The notes under the pieces were generated by a model. It worked only from the letters and a program-made list of their open reading frames with translations, had not been told where the DNA came from and ran no database searches. From sequence record DRR723986_16079: a stretch of 37,521 nt of DNA; one strand, written 5' to 3'. The position numbers and the translations under genes are program-made. Positions 17,468 through 27,083 of the stretch are shown piece by piece (position 1 is the stretch's first letter; each line of letters starts with the position of its first letter).

Positions 17468-18514
17468 ATGTCGGCTAGAAAAATAGCATTTTTATATTCA
17501 GAAGTTGCAGGTTATTTCTTGTCTGGAGTTGAGCAGCTAGCAAAAGAAGCAGATGTGCTAATTTTTAGATGGCCCGTTAATAATGAAGCTCCATTTGAAT
17601 TATCCAAAATTGATAAAGTCGAAATTCTTGACAGAAGTAAATTTAGTCAAGCTGAGCTAGAAGCTAAGTTGCATGAGTTTAACCCTGATACCTTGATTTG
17701 TTCAGGATGGATGGATAAAGGTTATGTTAAGGCAGTCAAGTCCTTCAAAAAAAAGATTCCTACAGTATTAACATTAGACAATCACTGGGTCGGGAGTTTG
17801 AAACAGAGAGTTGCTACATTATTGTCTCGATTTTTACTGAGAAATGTTTTTTCCCATGCTTGGGTTCCAGGTGCACCACAGGCCATTTTTGCTCAGAAAT
17901 TAGGATATAGTGGAGGGCAGTTATTAACCGGATTTTATTGTGCAAATACAGATTTGTTTCGCTCAGTTTTTGAGAATTCAATTGAATTTAAAAAGGAGAA
18001 ATTTCCAAGAAGATTTCTATATGTCGCAAGATATGTTGAACATAAAGGGATTTTTGAAATGTGGGAAGCATTTAAACAAATTAAAAAAGAATTAAATACT
18101 GACTGGGAGTTGTGGTGTTTAGGCACGGGAGATGAATTCGAAAATAGGGTAGAAGCTGAAGGAATATCTCATTTCGGATTTGTTCAACCAGATGAAATGG
18201 AGCAATACGTCAGAGATACTGGCGTTTATATCTTGCCAAGTAAATTTGAGCCTTGGGGAGTAACCGTTCAAGAATTTGCGATAAGTGGTTTCCCGCTAAT
18301 AGTAAGTGAAAAAGTTGGGTCAAAAACGCAATTTTTGGATGAGACAAATGGTTTTGAAATAAAAGCTGGAAGCATAGAAGATCTGAAATCTGCTATGAAA
18401 AAAATGATTGAAAAATCAGACGAAGAGTTATTGAAGATGGCGACTGAAAGTAATCGAATAGGGATGTCCTATCAGTCAAAAGATTGGGCGAACAAAGTTT
18501 TAGGAATTAAATAA
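17468..18514 (+). CDS. Glycosyltransferase family 4
   Basis: LYVARYVEHKG and ILPSKFEPWGVTVQE (EX7E) GT-B motifs. Confidence 0.9.
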   Translation: MSARKIAFLYSEVAGYFLSGVEQLAKEADVLIFRWPVNNEAPFELSKIDKVEILDRSKFSQAELEAKLHEFNPDTLICSGWMDKGYVKAVKSFKKKIPTVLTLDNHWVGSLKQRVATLLSRFLLRNVFSHAWVPGAPQAIFAQKLGYSGGQLLTGFYCANTDLFRSVFENSIEFKKEKFPRRFLYVARYVEHKGIFEMWEAFKQIKKELNTDWELWCLGTGDEFENRVEAEGISHFGFVQPDEMEQYVRDTGVYILPSKFEPWGVTVQEFAISGFPLIVSEKVGSKTQFLDETNGFEIKAGSIEDLKSAMKKMIEKSDEELLKMATESNRIGMSYQSKDWANKVLGIK

Positions 18515-18515
18515 G

Positions 18516-18905
18516 ATGGAAAAATTAGGAATGAAACTGTGCATGACCAAAGATATTGGTGTTCACGGTAATTTATTTGGAGGTATTATGTTATCATGGT
18601 TGGATGAAACAGCGGCTACATGGGCTTGTAGTGTATGTCAAAACCCAAACATGGTTACAGTAAAAATTGACGAAACAAACTTTGAGCGACCGGTAAAAGT
18701 AGGTAACCAGGTCATTATCTATGGTGAAGTTCAAAAAATGGGTACATCCTCATTAACCATGTATGTTGAAGGAAGAACGTCAAACTACTACACAGGAGAA
18801 GAACAATTGGTTTGCTCAACAATTTTCATTTTTGTTAGAATTGACGAAAGTGGAGGAGCCATTCCAATTGATGAAGCTGTGAGACGAAAATACCAGAATA
18901 AATAG
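18516..18905 (+). CDS. Acyl-CoA thioesterase (hotdog fold)
   Basis: HGNLFGGIMLSWLDE, F.RPVKVG and GTSS motifs. Confidence 0.9.
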   Translation: MEKLGMKLCMTKDIGVHGNLFGGIMLSWLDETAATWACSVCQNPNMVTVKIDETNFERPVKVGNQVIIYGEVQKMGTSSLTMYVEGRTSNYYTGEEQLVCSTIFIFVRIDESGGAIPIDEAVRRKYQNK

Positions 18906-18910
18906 ATCAA

Positions 18911-19882
18911 TTGAGTCGGTTTCTAATCATACAAACAGCTTTTATTGGAGATGTCATTTTGGCGACTTCCTTAATTGAATCATTGGCAAAAGGAGTAGAT
19001 GATGTTGAAATTGACGTTTTAGTTCGAAAGGGAAATGAAGGATTACTGAAGAATAATCCACATGTCAATCAAATACTTATTTGGGATAAATCGAATGCTA
19101 AATATGCTAATTTGAAAAAGTTGGCGAAAACCATTCGTCAAACAAGATATGACGTCTTGCTAAATTTGCAGAGATTTGGATCAACCGGTTATTTAAGTTG
19201 GCGAAGCAAAGCAAAGCAAATTATTGGTTTCGATAAAAATCCCTTTTCTTTTTGTTATACTCATAAGGTAAAACATGAAATCGGTAACGGAAGGCATGAA
19301 ATAGAACGTAATCTGGATTTAATTCAACAAATAGGTGATTTTATCCTCAGTAAGCCAAAATTGTATCCTGATGCAAATGATGACGAAAAAATTCGTCTTT
19401 TTTCAGAACGTAATTATTATGTTTTGGCTCCAGCATCTGTTTGGTTTACCAAACAATTACCTTCAGAAAAATGGATTGAATTAATCAACAAAATACCTGA
19501 AGACCATCAGATTCTGTTTATCGGTGCGCCTTCAGATCAATCTTTCATCAATGACTTAATTGATAAAAGTAAGAGATCGGATAGTCAGAATTTAGCAGGG
19601 GAATTGAACTTGTTGCAGTCTGCAGCCTTGATGAAAAATGCAAAGCGTGTATTTGTAAATGATTCTGCCCCTTTACACTTGGCATCAGCAGTAAATGCAC
19701 CTGTTACTGCATTCTTTTGCTCTACAATTCCAGAATTTGGATTTGGACCTCTGTCTGATGACCAAAAAATTCTTCAAATTGAAAAAGACCTAACTTGCCG
19801 CCCCTGCGGTTTACATGGAAAATCTTCATGCCCTAAACAACATTTTCACTGTGGACATAAAATAAGTGTAACTATCGATTAA
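18911..19882 (+). CDS. Glycosyltransferase family 9 (LPS heptosyltransferase-like)
   Basis: QTAFIGDVIL, APASVWFTK, NDSAPLHLASA and CRPCGLHG..CP motifs; TTG start. Confidence 0.9.
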   Translation: MSRFLIIQTAFIGDVILATSLIESLAKGVDDVEIDVLVRKGNEGLLKNNPHVNQILIWDKSNAKYANLKKLAKTIRQTRYDVLLNLQRFGSTGYLSWRSKAKQIIGFDKNPFSFCYTHKVKHEIGNGRHEIERNLDLIQQIGDFILSKPKLYPDANDDEKIRLFSERNYYVLAPASVWFTKQLPSEKWIELINKIPEDHQILFIGAPSDQSFINDLIDKSKRSDSQNLAGELNLLQSAALMKNAKRVFVNDSAPLHLASAVNAPVTAFFCSTIPEFGFGPLSDDQKILQIEKDLTCRPCGLHGKSSCPKQHFHCGHKISVTID

Positions 19883-19929
19883 ATAATCACGTTTAACGAT
19901 AGAACGAAATAATTAGTCTAAAAGAAGCT

Positions 19930-19937
19930 TACCTTTG
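19930..19937 (+). promoter_or_regulatory. -7 promoter box for the putative EPS operon
   Basis: TACCTTTG is a perfect TAnnTTTG match, 14 nt upstream of the ATG at 19952. Confidence 0.6.
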
Positions 19938-19951
19938 TCGGCTTATTGAAA

Positions 19952-21988
19952 ATGGTGAAAAGACTTATAACGATAGTATTATTAATACTGATGGGTGCCG
20001 GTGTGCACGCCCAATCAGATTCTCTGTTTTTCGTAAAAGTCGAAAAACTACAAGAGCTTTTTGATAAGGCAAACTATAAACCCATTCAATTTGAGGATAC
20101 TTCACTTGAGATTATCTCAACCATTGCATTGATGCAAAGAAGCGGGAATGATGTTACTCGTTCACTTTATCTAGAAAAACAGTTAGAACTCGCAAAGCGC
20201 GATTACGGAATTGGAATCACGGGAGGGTATCTTGAAAACTTGAATACCGCCTTTGGAGATGTTGAAGATAATGTCTTTTATGCGCGTAGATTCACTTTGG
20301 GTGCACAATGGGATGTGTTGAAAGGTGGATTTTTTGAAAATAAAGTTCGAGCTAGAATATTAGAAGATCGAATTTTACGTGAGCAAATGAATCAGGATGC
20401 AGCGGCAGAGAGCTACAATTACCTTAAAAGATTTGATCATACAATATATACCTTCAATGTTGTTAAGATTCAATTATTAGAAGCCAGAAAAAAACAATTA
20501 GAAAAGGAATACAGCACAATTAGTGAACTCGTCTATCTTAAAAAGTTAAAGAAAGAAGACCTAATAGGTTTGGATACAAGACTTTCAGAGGTGGAAAGTT
20601 TAATTAAAGTATACCAGAGTTATAACGAATACCTAACGCCAGAGAATGATTCTCTGGAATTTGACATTTATAACCTTCCACTGATTGATCTTGATTATGA
20701 TAAAATTTTTAAATCAATCGGAGCTCAAACGGATAGCTTGCTTTCTACACGTGTTTATGATGATTATTATAGCTGGTATCATCAGATTAATTTGAGAACT
20801 TATGTTCGCTATAACTATTACGACATTATAGATAATAACGACAGGTCTTTTGTGGCTGCCGGATTAAATTTCACGGTACCAATTCCTTTTAATACGAAAC
20901 TTAAAAATCAAGTAGCTCAAGAAAAATATCGATATGATAATTCCAAACTAGTTGAAAAGAGAGTGAATTTAGAAGAAGAGGTATTATCAACAGGATATGA
21001 GTTTAGATATAAATTAAAGCAATTCATCAGTTTTTACCAGAAGCGAAAAATGTTTATGGAGAAATTAAGAGTTGAAAAGGTGAAAATGAGATTACATGAT
21101 AATAATATTGATCCACTTTTAGGCCTTGAGCTTTATGATGACCTCTTACAAATTGATATCGAATTGGTTGATTTACTGCAAAACCTTTATCTAAAAGCAT
21201 TAAAAATCCATTCAAAAATTCCACATTCCAACATTCGTGATATCATAGTACCACAAACAGCTCAGCAGATTAACGAGTATGTGGATAATAAGAAAAGATC
21301 AGTCTATGTATGGACAAAAACATTTGAAGAATATTCAGCAGATTTCTTGGTTGAATACGCTATCTATAATGAGTTTAAGGATATCATAGTGTCAACTTCT
21401 GCTTCGGATACTTCAAGCGAAAAGGTAAAATTCATTGAAATGGCTGGCGCAAATGCTGACGTGCATTACATGCTTGGCGAAAACAGACTGTTTTATGAAG
21501 AAAATATTGAAGGTTATTTGGACGATATTTTAAGTAAATACAAGATTAAACCAGCTGGAATTCATATTGATATTGAACCACATACTTTCGAGAATTGGGC
21601 AACCGAAAAACAAAAATTGACCAGCCAATACCTTGAAATGATGGGAAAAATTAGTACGTACTGTAAAGGTAACGAACTCAAATTGGCAGTTTCTGTTCCT
21701 TTACATTATGGTGCTGAAGTAATAGACAGATTATTAGTTATTTGTGATGAAATATTCTTTATGTGCTACGAAAATGTGAAGGCTTCATACATCCAAAGAA
21801 AGGTTTTACCATATATAGATAACGGTAAAGATCAAATTGTATTAGCGTTTAGAACAGAAGATTTTGCCAACAGAGTTGAAATGGAGGATAAAATAAATGA
21901 GATGCAAAAGCTAACTTCTTTGCGCTCATTCGCGTATCATGACCTACGTAGAATAATTTCCTTTGATAGAAGTAATATAGAAAAGTGA
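19952..21988 (+). CDS. Secreted protein: TolC/OEP-like N-terminal region fused to a glycoside-hydrolase-like TIM-barrel domain
   Basis: Signal peptide AHA/VHA-Q; two repeats of beta-hairpin (LGAQWDVLKGG; AGLNFTVPI) plus long helices; C-terminal domain with SVYVW, GIHIDIEPH, FMCYE and FAYHD. Confidence 0.6.
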   Translation: MVKRLITIVLLILMGAGVHAQSDSLFFVKVEKLQELFDKANYKPIQFEDTSLEIISTIALMQRSGNDVTRSLYLEKQLELAKRDYGIGITGGYLENLNTAFGDVEDNVFYARRFTLGAQWDVLKGGFFENKVRARILEDRILREQMNQDAAAESYNYLKRFDHTIYTFNVVKIQLLEARKKQLEKEYSTISELVYLKKLKKEDLIGLDTRLSEVESLIKVYQSYNEYLTPENDSLEFDIYNLPLIDLDYDKIFKSIGAQTDSLLSTRVYDDYYSWYHQINLRTYVRYNYYDIIDNNDRSFVAAGLNFTVPIPFNTKLKNQVAQEKYRYDNSKLVEKRVNLEEEVLSTGYEFRYKLKQFISFYQKRKMFMEKLRVEKVKMRLHDNNIDPLLGLELYDDLLQIDIELVDLLQNLYLKALKIHSKIPHSNIRDIIVPQTAQQINEYVDNKKRSVYVWTKTFEEYSADFLVEYAIYNEFKDIIVSTSASDTSSEKVKFIEMAGANADVHYMLGENRLFYEENIEGYLDDILSKYKIKPAGIHIDIEPHTFENWATEKQKLTSQYLEMMGKISTYCKGNELKLAVSVPLHYGAEVIDRLLVICDEIFFMCYENVKASYIQRKVLPYIDNGKDQIVLAFRTEDFANRVEMEDKINEMQKLTSLRSFAYHDLRRIISFDRSNIEK

Positions 21989-21998
21989 TAGTGATTAC

Positions 21999-23162
21999 AT
22001 GAAAAGTGTAAACTTTAAAAGAAAAGAAGAGAGTTACCTAAGGTATTTTGAAGAACAAAGTGCCCGTAAAACTAAACGTCCGTTCAATTGGGATCGTTTT
22101 GTTTATTTGGTGCTGCTCGCTATTTTCTTGTTCTTTACGGGGAGATTTATTATTAACTCTTATTTCTACATTGAAGGTAATGGTCAAGTATTATTTGAAA
22201 GTGTTGACATTAGGCATACTGATGATATTCGAATACTTCAATTCAATGTTGAAGAAGGAGATGACGTGAAAATAGGGGATACACTTTTTACCTACTTTTT
22301 AGATGAAGATATGTTTGGTGATGGGCATGGAGGCGGATCTAATTCTGTAAGTATTGCAGGTGGAGGTAAAAAAGATTCTTGGATTGAAAGAGAGTTGTAT
22401 ACTTTACGTAAAAATGTACAGTTAAATGCTGTTAGAATAAATGATGATAAGGAACTATTGGCAATTTATGAGAGTGACCTTGAGCGCGTAAGAAATGAGG
22501 TTATCTTGGATGCAGTATCACACACAAATCTTGAAAATCTAGAATACCAGATTGCTAAATTGAATGCGGATATTAATGTCCTGTCATCTCAAATTGGTAT
22601 TTATAGGAAACAAATAGCCTATTTAGAAGGACTCATTCAAGAGGAAGACGACAGAGTGATTAAAATTGAACAAGAAACCAATGGAGGTGGAGGAGGAGCT
22701 GGCGGCGCAGGCGAAAAATATCCTTCAGCTTTTAAGAAGGATATGCTAATGCTCGCTGGAGTAGAGAATATTGAAGGCTTTAAAATATTCACTTGTCCTA
22801 TTGATGGTAATATAACTCGAATTCACAAGCAGCCTTATGAGGTAGCCTTGAAAACTGAAACCATTTGTTCAATCCATCAGCCAAATGATGTTCACATTAA
22901 AGGATTCTTTAATCAAGAAGATCTAAAACACTTGAACCAGGGTGATTTAGTAAACATTGAATTCCCAGATGGAACAATGTCTAAAGGAATTGTTGATCGT
23001 TTCTATTCTGCTACGTATATCTTACCTGAAGAATTCCAAAAGAAGTTTGAGCCAACTACAAGAACTTTGGCGGCAGATATTTTACCAATAGGAGAGAACG
23101 ACTTAGATATTTGGAGAAAATATTATAAGTTAAGTGTTAAAGTAACTAAACGTACATTCTAG
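21999..23162 (+). CDS. HlyD-like periplasmic adaptor / membrane fusion protein
   Basis: Single N-terminal TM helix; lipoyl half-motifs VEEGDDVKIGDTLF and CPIDGNI flanking a coiled coil; beta-barrel C-terminus. Confidence 0.8.
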   Translation: MKSVNFKRKEESYLRYFEEQSARKTKRPFNWDRFVYLVLLAIFLFFTGRFIINSYFYIEGNGQVLFESVDIRHTDDIRILQFNVEEGDDVKIGDTLFTYFLDEDMFGDGHGGGSNSVSIAGGGKKDSWIERELYTLRKNVQLNAVRINDDKELLAIYESDLERVRNEVILDAVSHTNLENLEYQIAKLNADINVLSSQIGIYRKQIAYLEGLIQEEDDRVIKIEQETNGGGGGAGGAGEKYPSAFKKDMLMLAGVENIEGFKIFTCPIDGNITRIHKQPYEVALKTETICSIHQPNDVHIKGFFNQEDLKHLNQGDLVNIEFPDGTMSKGIVDRFYSATYILPEEFQKKFEPTTRTLAADILPIGENDLDIWRKYYKLSVKVTKRTF

Positions 23163-23163
23163 T

Positions 23164-24582
23164 ATGGCGGCAAAATTAAATATCAATAAAGAAGATTCTG
23201 TCATTGAATTTGGTGGATTCACCTTTCTATTAATAGACGCCTTGGACAACTTGGATGTTGAAAACGTTCAGTTTCATTCGGCAGTTATTATTCAAGGGAA
23301 GGATAGAGCGTTTATCCGCCAGATTGTTACTCGTATTCGATCAAATAATTCGGCTGATATTTATTTGAAGCCCATCTTTATATTGAAGGGAATTACCATT
23401 GTAGATCCAATGGTGAACAAGCTGGTAGATGGAACACTGTACAGTTTAGATCAAATAGAATTGATCATACCAGAAGTAGAACGAATCCTTACTAAAACAA
23501 AAGATCTTCACTTTACCAATTCAATTTCGTTTGAAGCGCAAATGATTGAAAAGACGATTTCTTTCATGTACACCTGCGAAATTCAAGACCTTGATCCGAT
23601 TCCATATATCTATTCGTCTAACAATTATTCTTATCCGATTTTGTCTGTAAACTTTAGACAAAGAGATGAGCATATCGCGCTAGATATATTAGAGTTGGCC
23701 GAAAGAGAAGGGATTTTTAGTTCTACTTATGTAGATAGAATTTATTTATGTCCATCATGTCAAGGTGGGCATTTAACCTACAGAGAGGTTTGTCCTAAAT
23801 GTGGAAGTTCGAATTCTACAACCGAAGATATTATTCATCACTTTCCCTGTGCATACGTGGGACCATTAAGTGATTTTACCAATGAAATTGATGATCAATT
23901 AGATTGTCCAAAGTGTAATAAAAGATTGAGACACATTGGTGTAGATTACGATAAGCCTTCTGTTTTGCACGAGTGTAAGGCTTGCGACCATAAATTCCAA
24001 GACTTTAACGTGAAGGCCAAATGTTTGGCTTGTGGAACCGATAACCTGGTTGAGCAATTGAAAGGTAGAGAAGTTAGAAAATATAATCTTACTAAAAAAG
24101 GAGAGTTAGCGGCCATTAACGGATTTGTATCTACATCAAAAGACATTGAAGAGATTATTGGAACGGTGAAGTTTGAAACGTTCTTAACCATGTTGAAATA
24201 TGAGATCGAGCGTTTGAGACAAACAGAAGGTGCTTCAAATATTTGTGCAATTCACCTGTCTAATCCATCTCAGATCTATTCAAAAATGGGCTCTGAGGTA
24301 CAAAAGGTTTTGTTGAAAGACCTGGTGAAAGTGATTCGATCAAATATCCGTTCATCCGATATTATTTCATTCCAAAGTTCTTCAACGATTATTCTTTCAA
24401 TGAACGAAATTCCAACTAGAATTGCGAAACGTATCTTGAATGAGATCATTAACATGTTGAAAAAATTAATTGCAACAACCTTTAAGGATATCGTTGTTGA
24501 GTTCGAATTTGAAGTTGTAAAACTAGATTATAAATTGTCTCCGCAGCTGCATATCCAGCAGTTGACGAAGTCATTTGGATAA
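23164..24582 (+). CDS. TackOD1-like zinc-ribbon protein with degenerate REC-like N-terminus and degenerate GGDEF-like C-terminus
   Basis: CPSC, CPKC, HFPC, CPKC..LRHIGVDYD, CKAC and CLAC motifs; C-terminal EIER..Q / IRSNIRSSDII pattern without a GGDEF signature. Confidence 0.7.
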   Translation: MAAKLNINKEDSVIEFGGFTFLLIDALDNLDVENVQFHSAVIIQGKDRAFIRQIVTRIRSNNSADIYLKPIFILKGITIVDPMVNKLVDGTLYSLDQIELIIPEVERILTKTKDLHFTNSISFEAQMIEKTISFMYTCEIQDLDPIPYIYSSNNYSYPILSVNFRQRDEHIALDILELAEREGIFSSTYVDRIYLCPSCQGGHLTYREVCPKCGSSNSTTEDIIHHFPCAYVGPLSDFTNEIDDQLDCPKCNKRLRHIGVDYDKPSVLHECKACDHKFQDFNVKAKCLACGTDNLVEQLKGREVRKYNLTKKGELAAINGFVSTSKDIEEIIGTVKFETFLTMLKYEIERLRQTEGASNICAIHLSNPSQIYSKMGSEVQKVLLKDLVKVIRSNIRSSDIISFQSSSTIILSMNEIPTRIAKRILNEIINMLKKLIATTFKDIVVEFEFEVVKLDYKLSPQLHIQQLTKSFG

Positions 24583-25895
24583 TGTTCGAAGAGTTATTAG
24601 ATAACTACCTGCGATTCTTACAGAGTCTGACAGTCGATCATTTTATACGATTGTTCTGGTTCTACATTTTCTTTGAGTTTATCAGATACTTTTTACTGGA
24701 ATTCCTGGTTTTAAACCTTTGGAAATTATCTAAACTGTGGAACAAAGACAAGGTAGCCAAGGCGAAGAAAAAATTCCATTTTGAATATCCCTTAATATCG
24801 ATAATCATTCCTGGTAAAAACGAGGGAAAGCACTTATACAAGTTGATCAAGTCTCTTAATGAACAGACGTATAAGAATACAGAAATAATAGTCGTTGATG
24901 ACGGATCTGATGATGATACGCCTGTCATTGGTCGAGATTTGGAGAAGGCTGGGTTGATTGATGTTTTTATTCGAAACGAGGTTAGGGGAGGAAAGGCCTC
25001 TGGGGCAAATACGGCGCTTCGATTTACAAAAGGTAAATACATTGTCCATCTTGATGCCGATTGCTCTTATGACAGAGACGCAATAGAAAAGATTATCATT
25101 CCATTTTATTTGGATAAAAATGTTGCCGGGGTTGGTGGTAACGTAATGGTTCGAAATTATGACGAATCTCTCGTTACATCTTTACAAGCCATTGAATACT
25201 ATGATACCATCTCCATTGGTAGGGTAGTTACTTCTTATTTAGGGATATACAGAATTATTTCAGGTGCATTTGGTGCCTTTAGAGCTGATGCCTTAGAGCA
25301 GGTTAAAGGATGGGATATCGGCCCTGGACTAGATGGCGATATTACTGTAAAACTGAGGAAACTTGGTTATAAGATTAAATTCGAGCAAGAGGCTGTTTGT
25401 CTTACTTCTGTGCCAAATACGGTTAAAAAATTGACGAGACAACGCTTGAGGTGGGATAAATCTTTAATTCGTTTTAGAGTTCGAAAACATAAAGATGTAC
25501 TTATACCAAATCAGGCCTTTAGTTTTCTTAACTTTTTTGCCTTTTTAGAGAACATTACCTATAACTTAATATTAAACTTTAAATGGTATTTTTATTTAGG
25601 AGATATGTTGATCAATTATAGATCCATGTTGGTGAATATCATCATCACGAATATCTTACTTTATACCTTTACCAACTTTTTCAAATTCGTGGTCTATAGC
25701 TTGTACAGAGCAAGAACAAATGCATCCTATACCTACTTTTTGGTCTACATTCCTTGTATGGTTTTCTACTTCGGATATTACCTCAGGGTGGTACGAACCA
25801 TTGCTTATATTCAAGAGTTGTTCTTCAAAAGATCCTACAAAGATCCGTGGAATCCAGAGAAAACTTCAGTACACGCTCAACGAATGAAACTATAG
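24582..25895 (+). CDS. Processive membrane glycosyltransferase family 2 (PgaC/IcaA/hyaluronan-synthase-like)
   Basis: VDDGS, GGKA, DAD, SGAFGAFR, GLDGD (at the TED position) and QRLRW motifs; N- and C-terminal TM helices. Confidence 0.9.
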   Translation: MFEELLDNYLRFLQSLTVDHFIRLFWFYIFFEFIRYFLLEFLVLNLWKLSKLWNKDKVAKAKKKFHFEYPLISIIIPGKNEGKHLYKLIKSLNEQTYKNTEIIVVDDGSDDDTPVIGRDLEKAGLIDVFIRNEVRGGKASGANTALRFTKGKYIVHLDADCSYDRDAIEKIIIPFYLDKNVAGVGGNVMVRNYDESLVTSLQAIEYYDTISIGRVVTSYLGIYRIISGAFGAFRADALEQVKGWDIGPGLDGDITVKLRKLGYKIKFEQEAVCLTSVPNTVKKLTRQRLRWDKSLIRFRVRKHKDVLIPNQAFSFLNFFAFLENITYNLILNFKWYFYLGDMLINYRSMLVNIIITNILLYTFTNFFKFVVYSLYRARTNASYTYFLVYIPCMVFYFGYYLRVVRTIAYIQELFFKRSYKDPWNPEKTSVHAQRMKL

Positions 25896-27080
25896 GATTT
25901 TCTTGAAAGTGAAAACGTATTCTGTCCCAGCGGCTGAGTGATTTTGGACGCATTCGCCATCTAATTGTTCAGTAAACGATTCTATCAATTCCAATCCTAA
26001 ACTAGATTCTCTGCTTGGCGTTTTCCATTCACCGTTATCGCGATAAGTCACTGTTGTGATGCCGTTATCATCTTGCTGTGCTTGTATTTCTAGCCTACCC
26101 GTTACACGATCTGCGAATCCATGCTCAATTGAATTTGAAACCAATTCGTTAAATATCAATGCCATTGGAACGATTGATTTAGGTTCAATACGTTTAATGT
26201 TAGAGTGAATTGAAGTTTCTACTTTAAGATTGACTGCATAAGAAGAAATTAAATCACTCACTAAGGCGTCTAGATAAGATTCTAAATCAATTTCAGTTAA
26301 CGATTCGGTTTGATACATACGCTCATGAATCATTGCCATTGCTGAAACACGGTTAATTGAATCGGTAAAATGATGTTTAGTAGATTCGTCTTCAACGTCA
26401 TGCAACTGTAATCGCAATAAGGAGGTGATCACCTGAAGATTGTTTTTTACTCGGTGATGAATCTCTTTTAACATTACCGTTTTTTCTTCATTTGATTTAG
26501 ACAATTCAACATTCGCTTCAACGTAATTGATTTCAGTAAACCGAAGTGCATTAATGACTTGAATGATCAAATAAGAGAAAATAACTCCAGACAGTAGGAT
26601 GTTTACCGTAAAATTGATCTGAGAATAATCGGTGAATTCTTTAAATACCCTGGTGATTTCTCCAACTCTATCCAGGTACAGAATGACTCCTACGGCTGAA
26701 ATATTGGCAAATAAATTAATGATTCCGGTGATTTTTCCGAGTACAAAAAACACATAAACTGCAACTGAAATAATCCAGAAAAAATCTACAAAATGTCCAA
26801 AATTTGAGGTCACCATCATATTAAAGATGGTCATACCAAAACCAAGTAACATGGCTACAGATGCTGCCAACTTATAGTTCTTGAATTGGAACAATAAAAT
26901 TAGAACGATCAAACATATGCCTGCACCTGTTAATATCGGATACATGTTGATGTCGCCTTGAATTAAATTAATGGTTCCTAAAACAGTCAGAACAATAACC
27001 AGAAACGTGAACATATTTCTGGTGACATCAAACTTTACTTTGTCAATTGGATTATCGCTATTAGAATTAAAGAATCCCAT
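25890..27080 (-). CDS. Membrane sensor histidine kinase, HisKA_2/HWE type
   Basis: About 5-6 TM helices; H-box EIHHRVKNNLQ, N-box NELVSNSIEH, DNG and SLGL. Confidence 0.9.
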   Translation of the reverse strand: MGFFNSNSDNPIDKVKFDVTRNMFTFLVIVLTVLGTINLIQGDINMYPILTGAGICLIVLILLFQFKNYKLAASVAMLLGFGMTIFNMMVTSNFGHFVDFFWIISVAVYVFFVLGKITGIINLFANISAVGVILYLDRVGEITRVFKEFTDYSQINFTVNILLSGVIFSYLIIQVINALRFTEINYVEANVELSKSNEEKTVMLKEIHHRVKNNLQVITSLLRLQLHDVEDESTKHHFTDSINRVSAMAMIHERMYQTESLTEIDLESYLDALVSDLISSYAVNLKVETSIHSNIKRIEPKSIVPMALIFNELVSNSIEHGFADRVTGRLEIQAQQDDNGITTVTYRDNGEWKTPSRESSLGLELIESFTEQLDGECVQNHSAAGTEYVFTFKKIL

Positions 27081-27083
27081 TAA

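Noticed and set aside
22680-22712. GC-rich GGN run in the HlyD-like gene
   Set aside because: Explained by an in-frame Gly-rich linker (GGGGGAGGAG), not a separate element.
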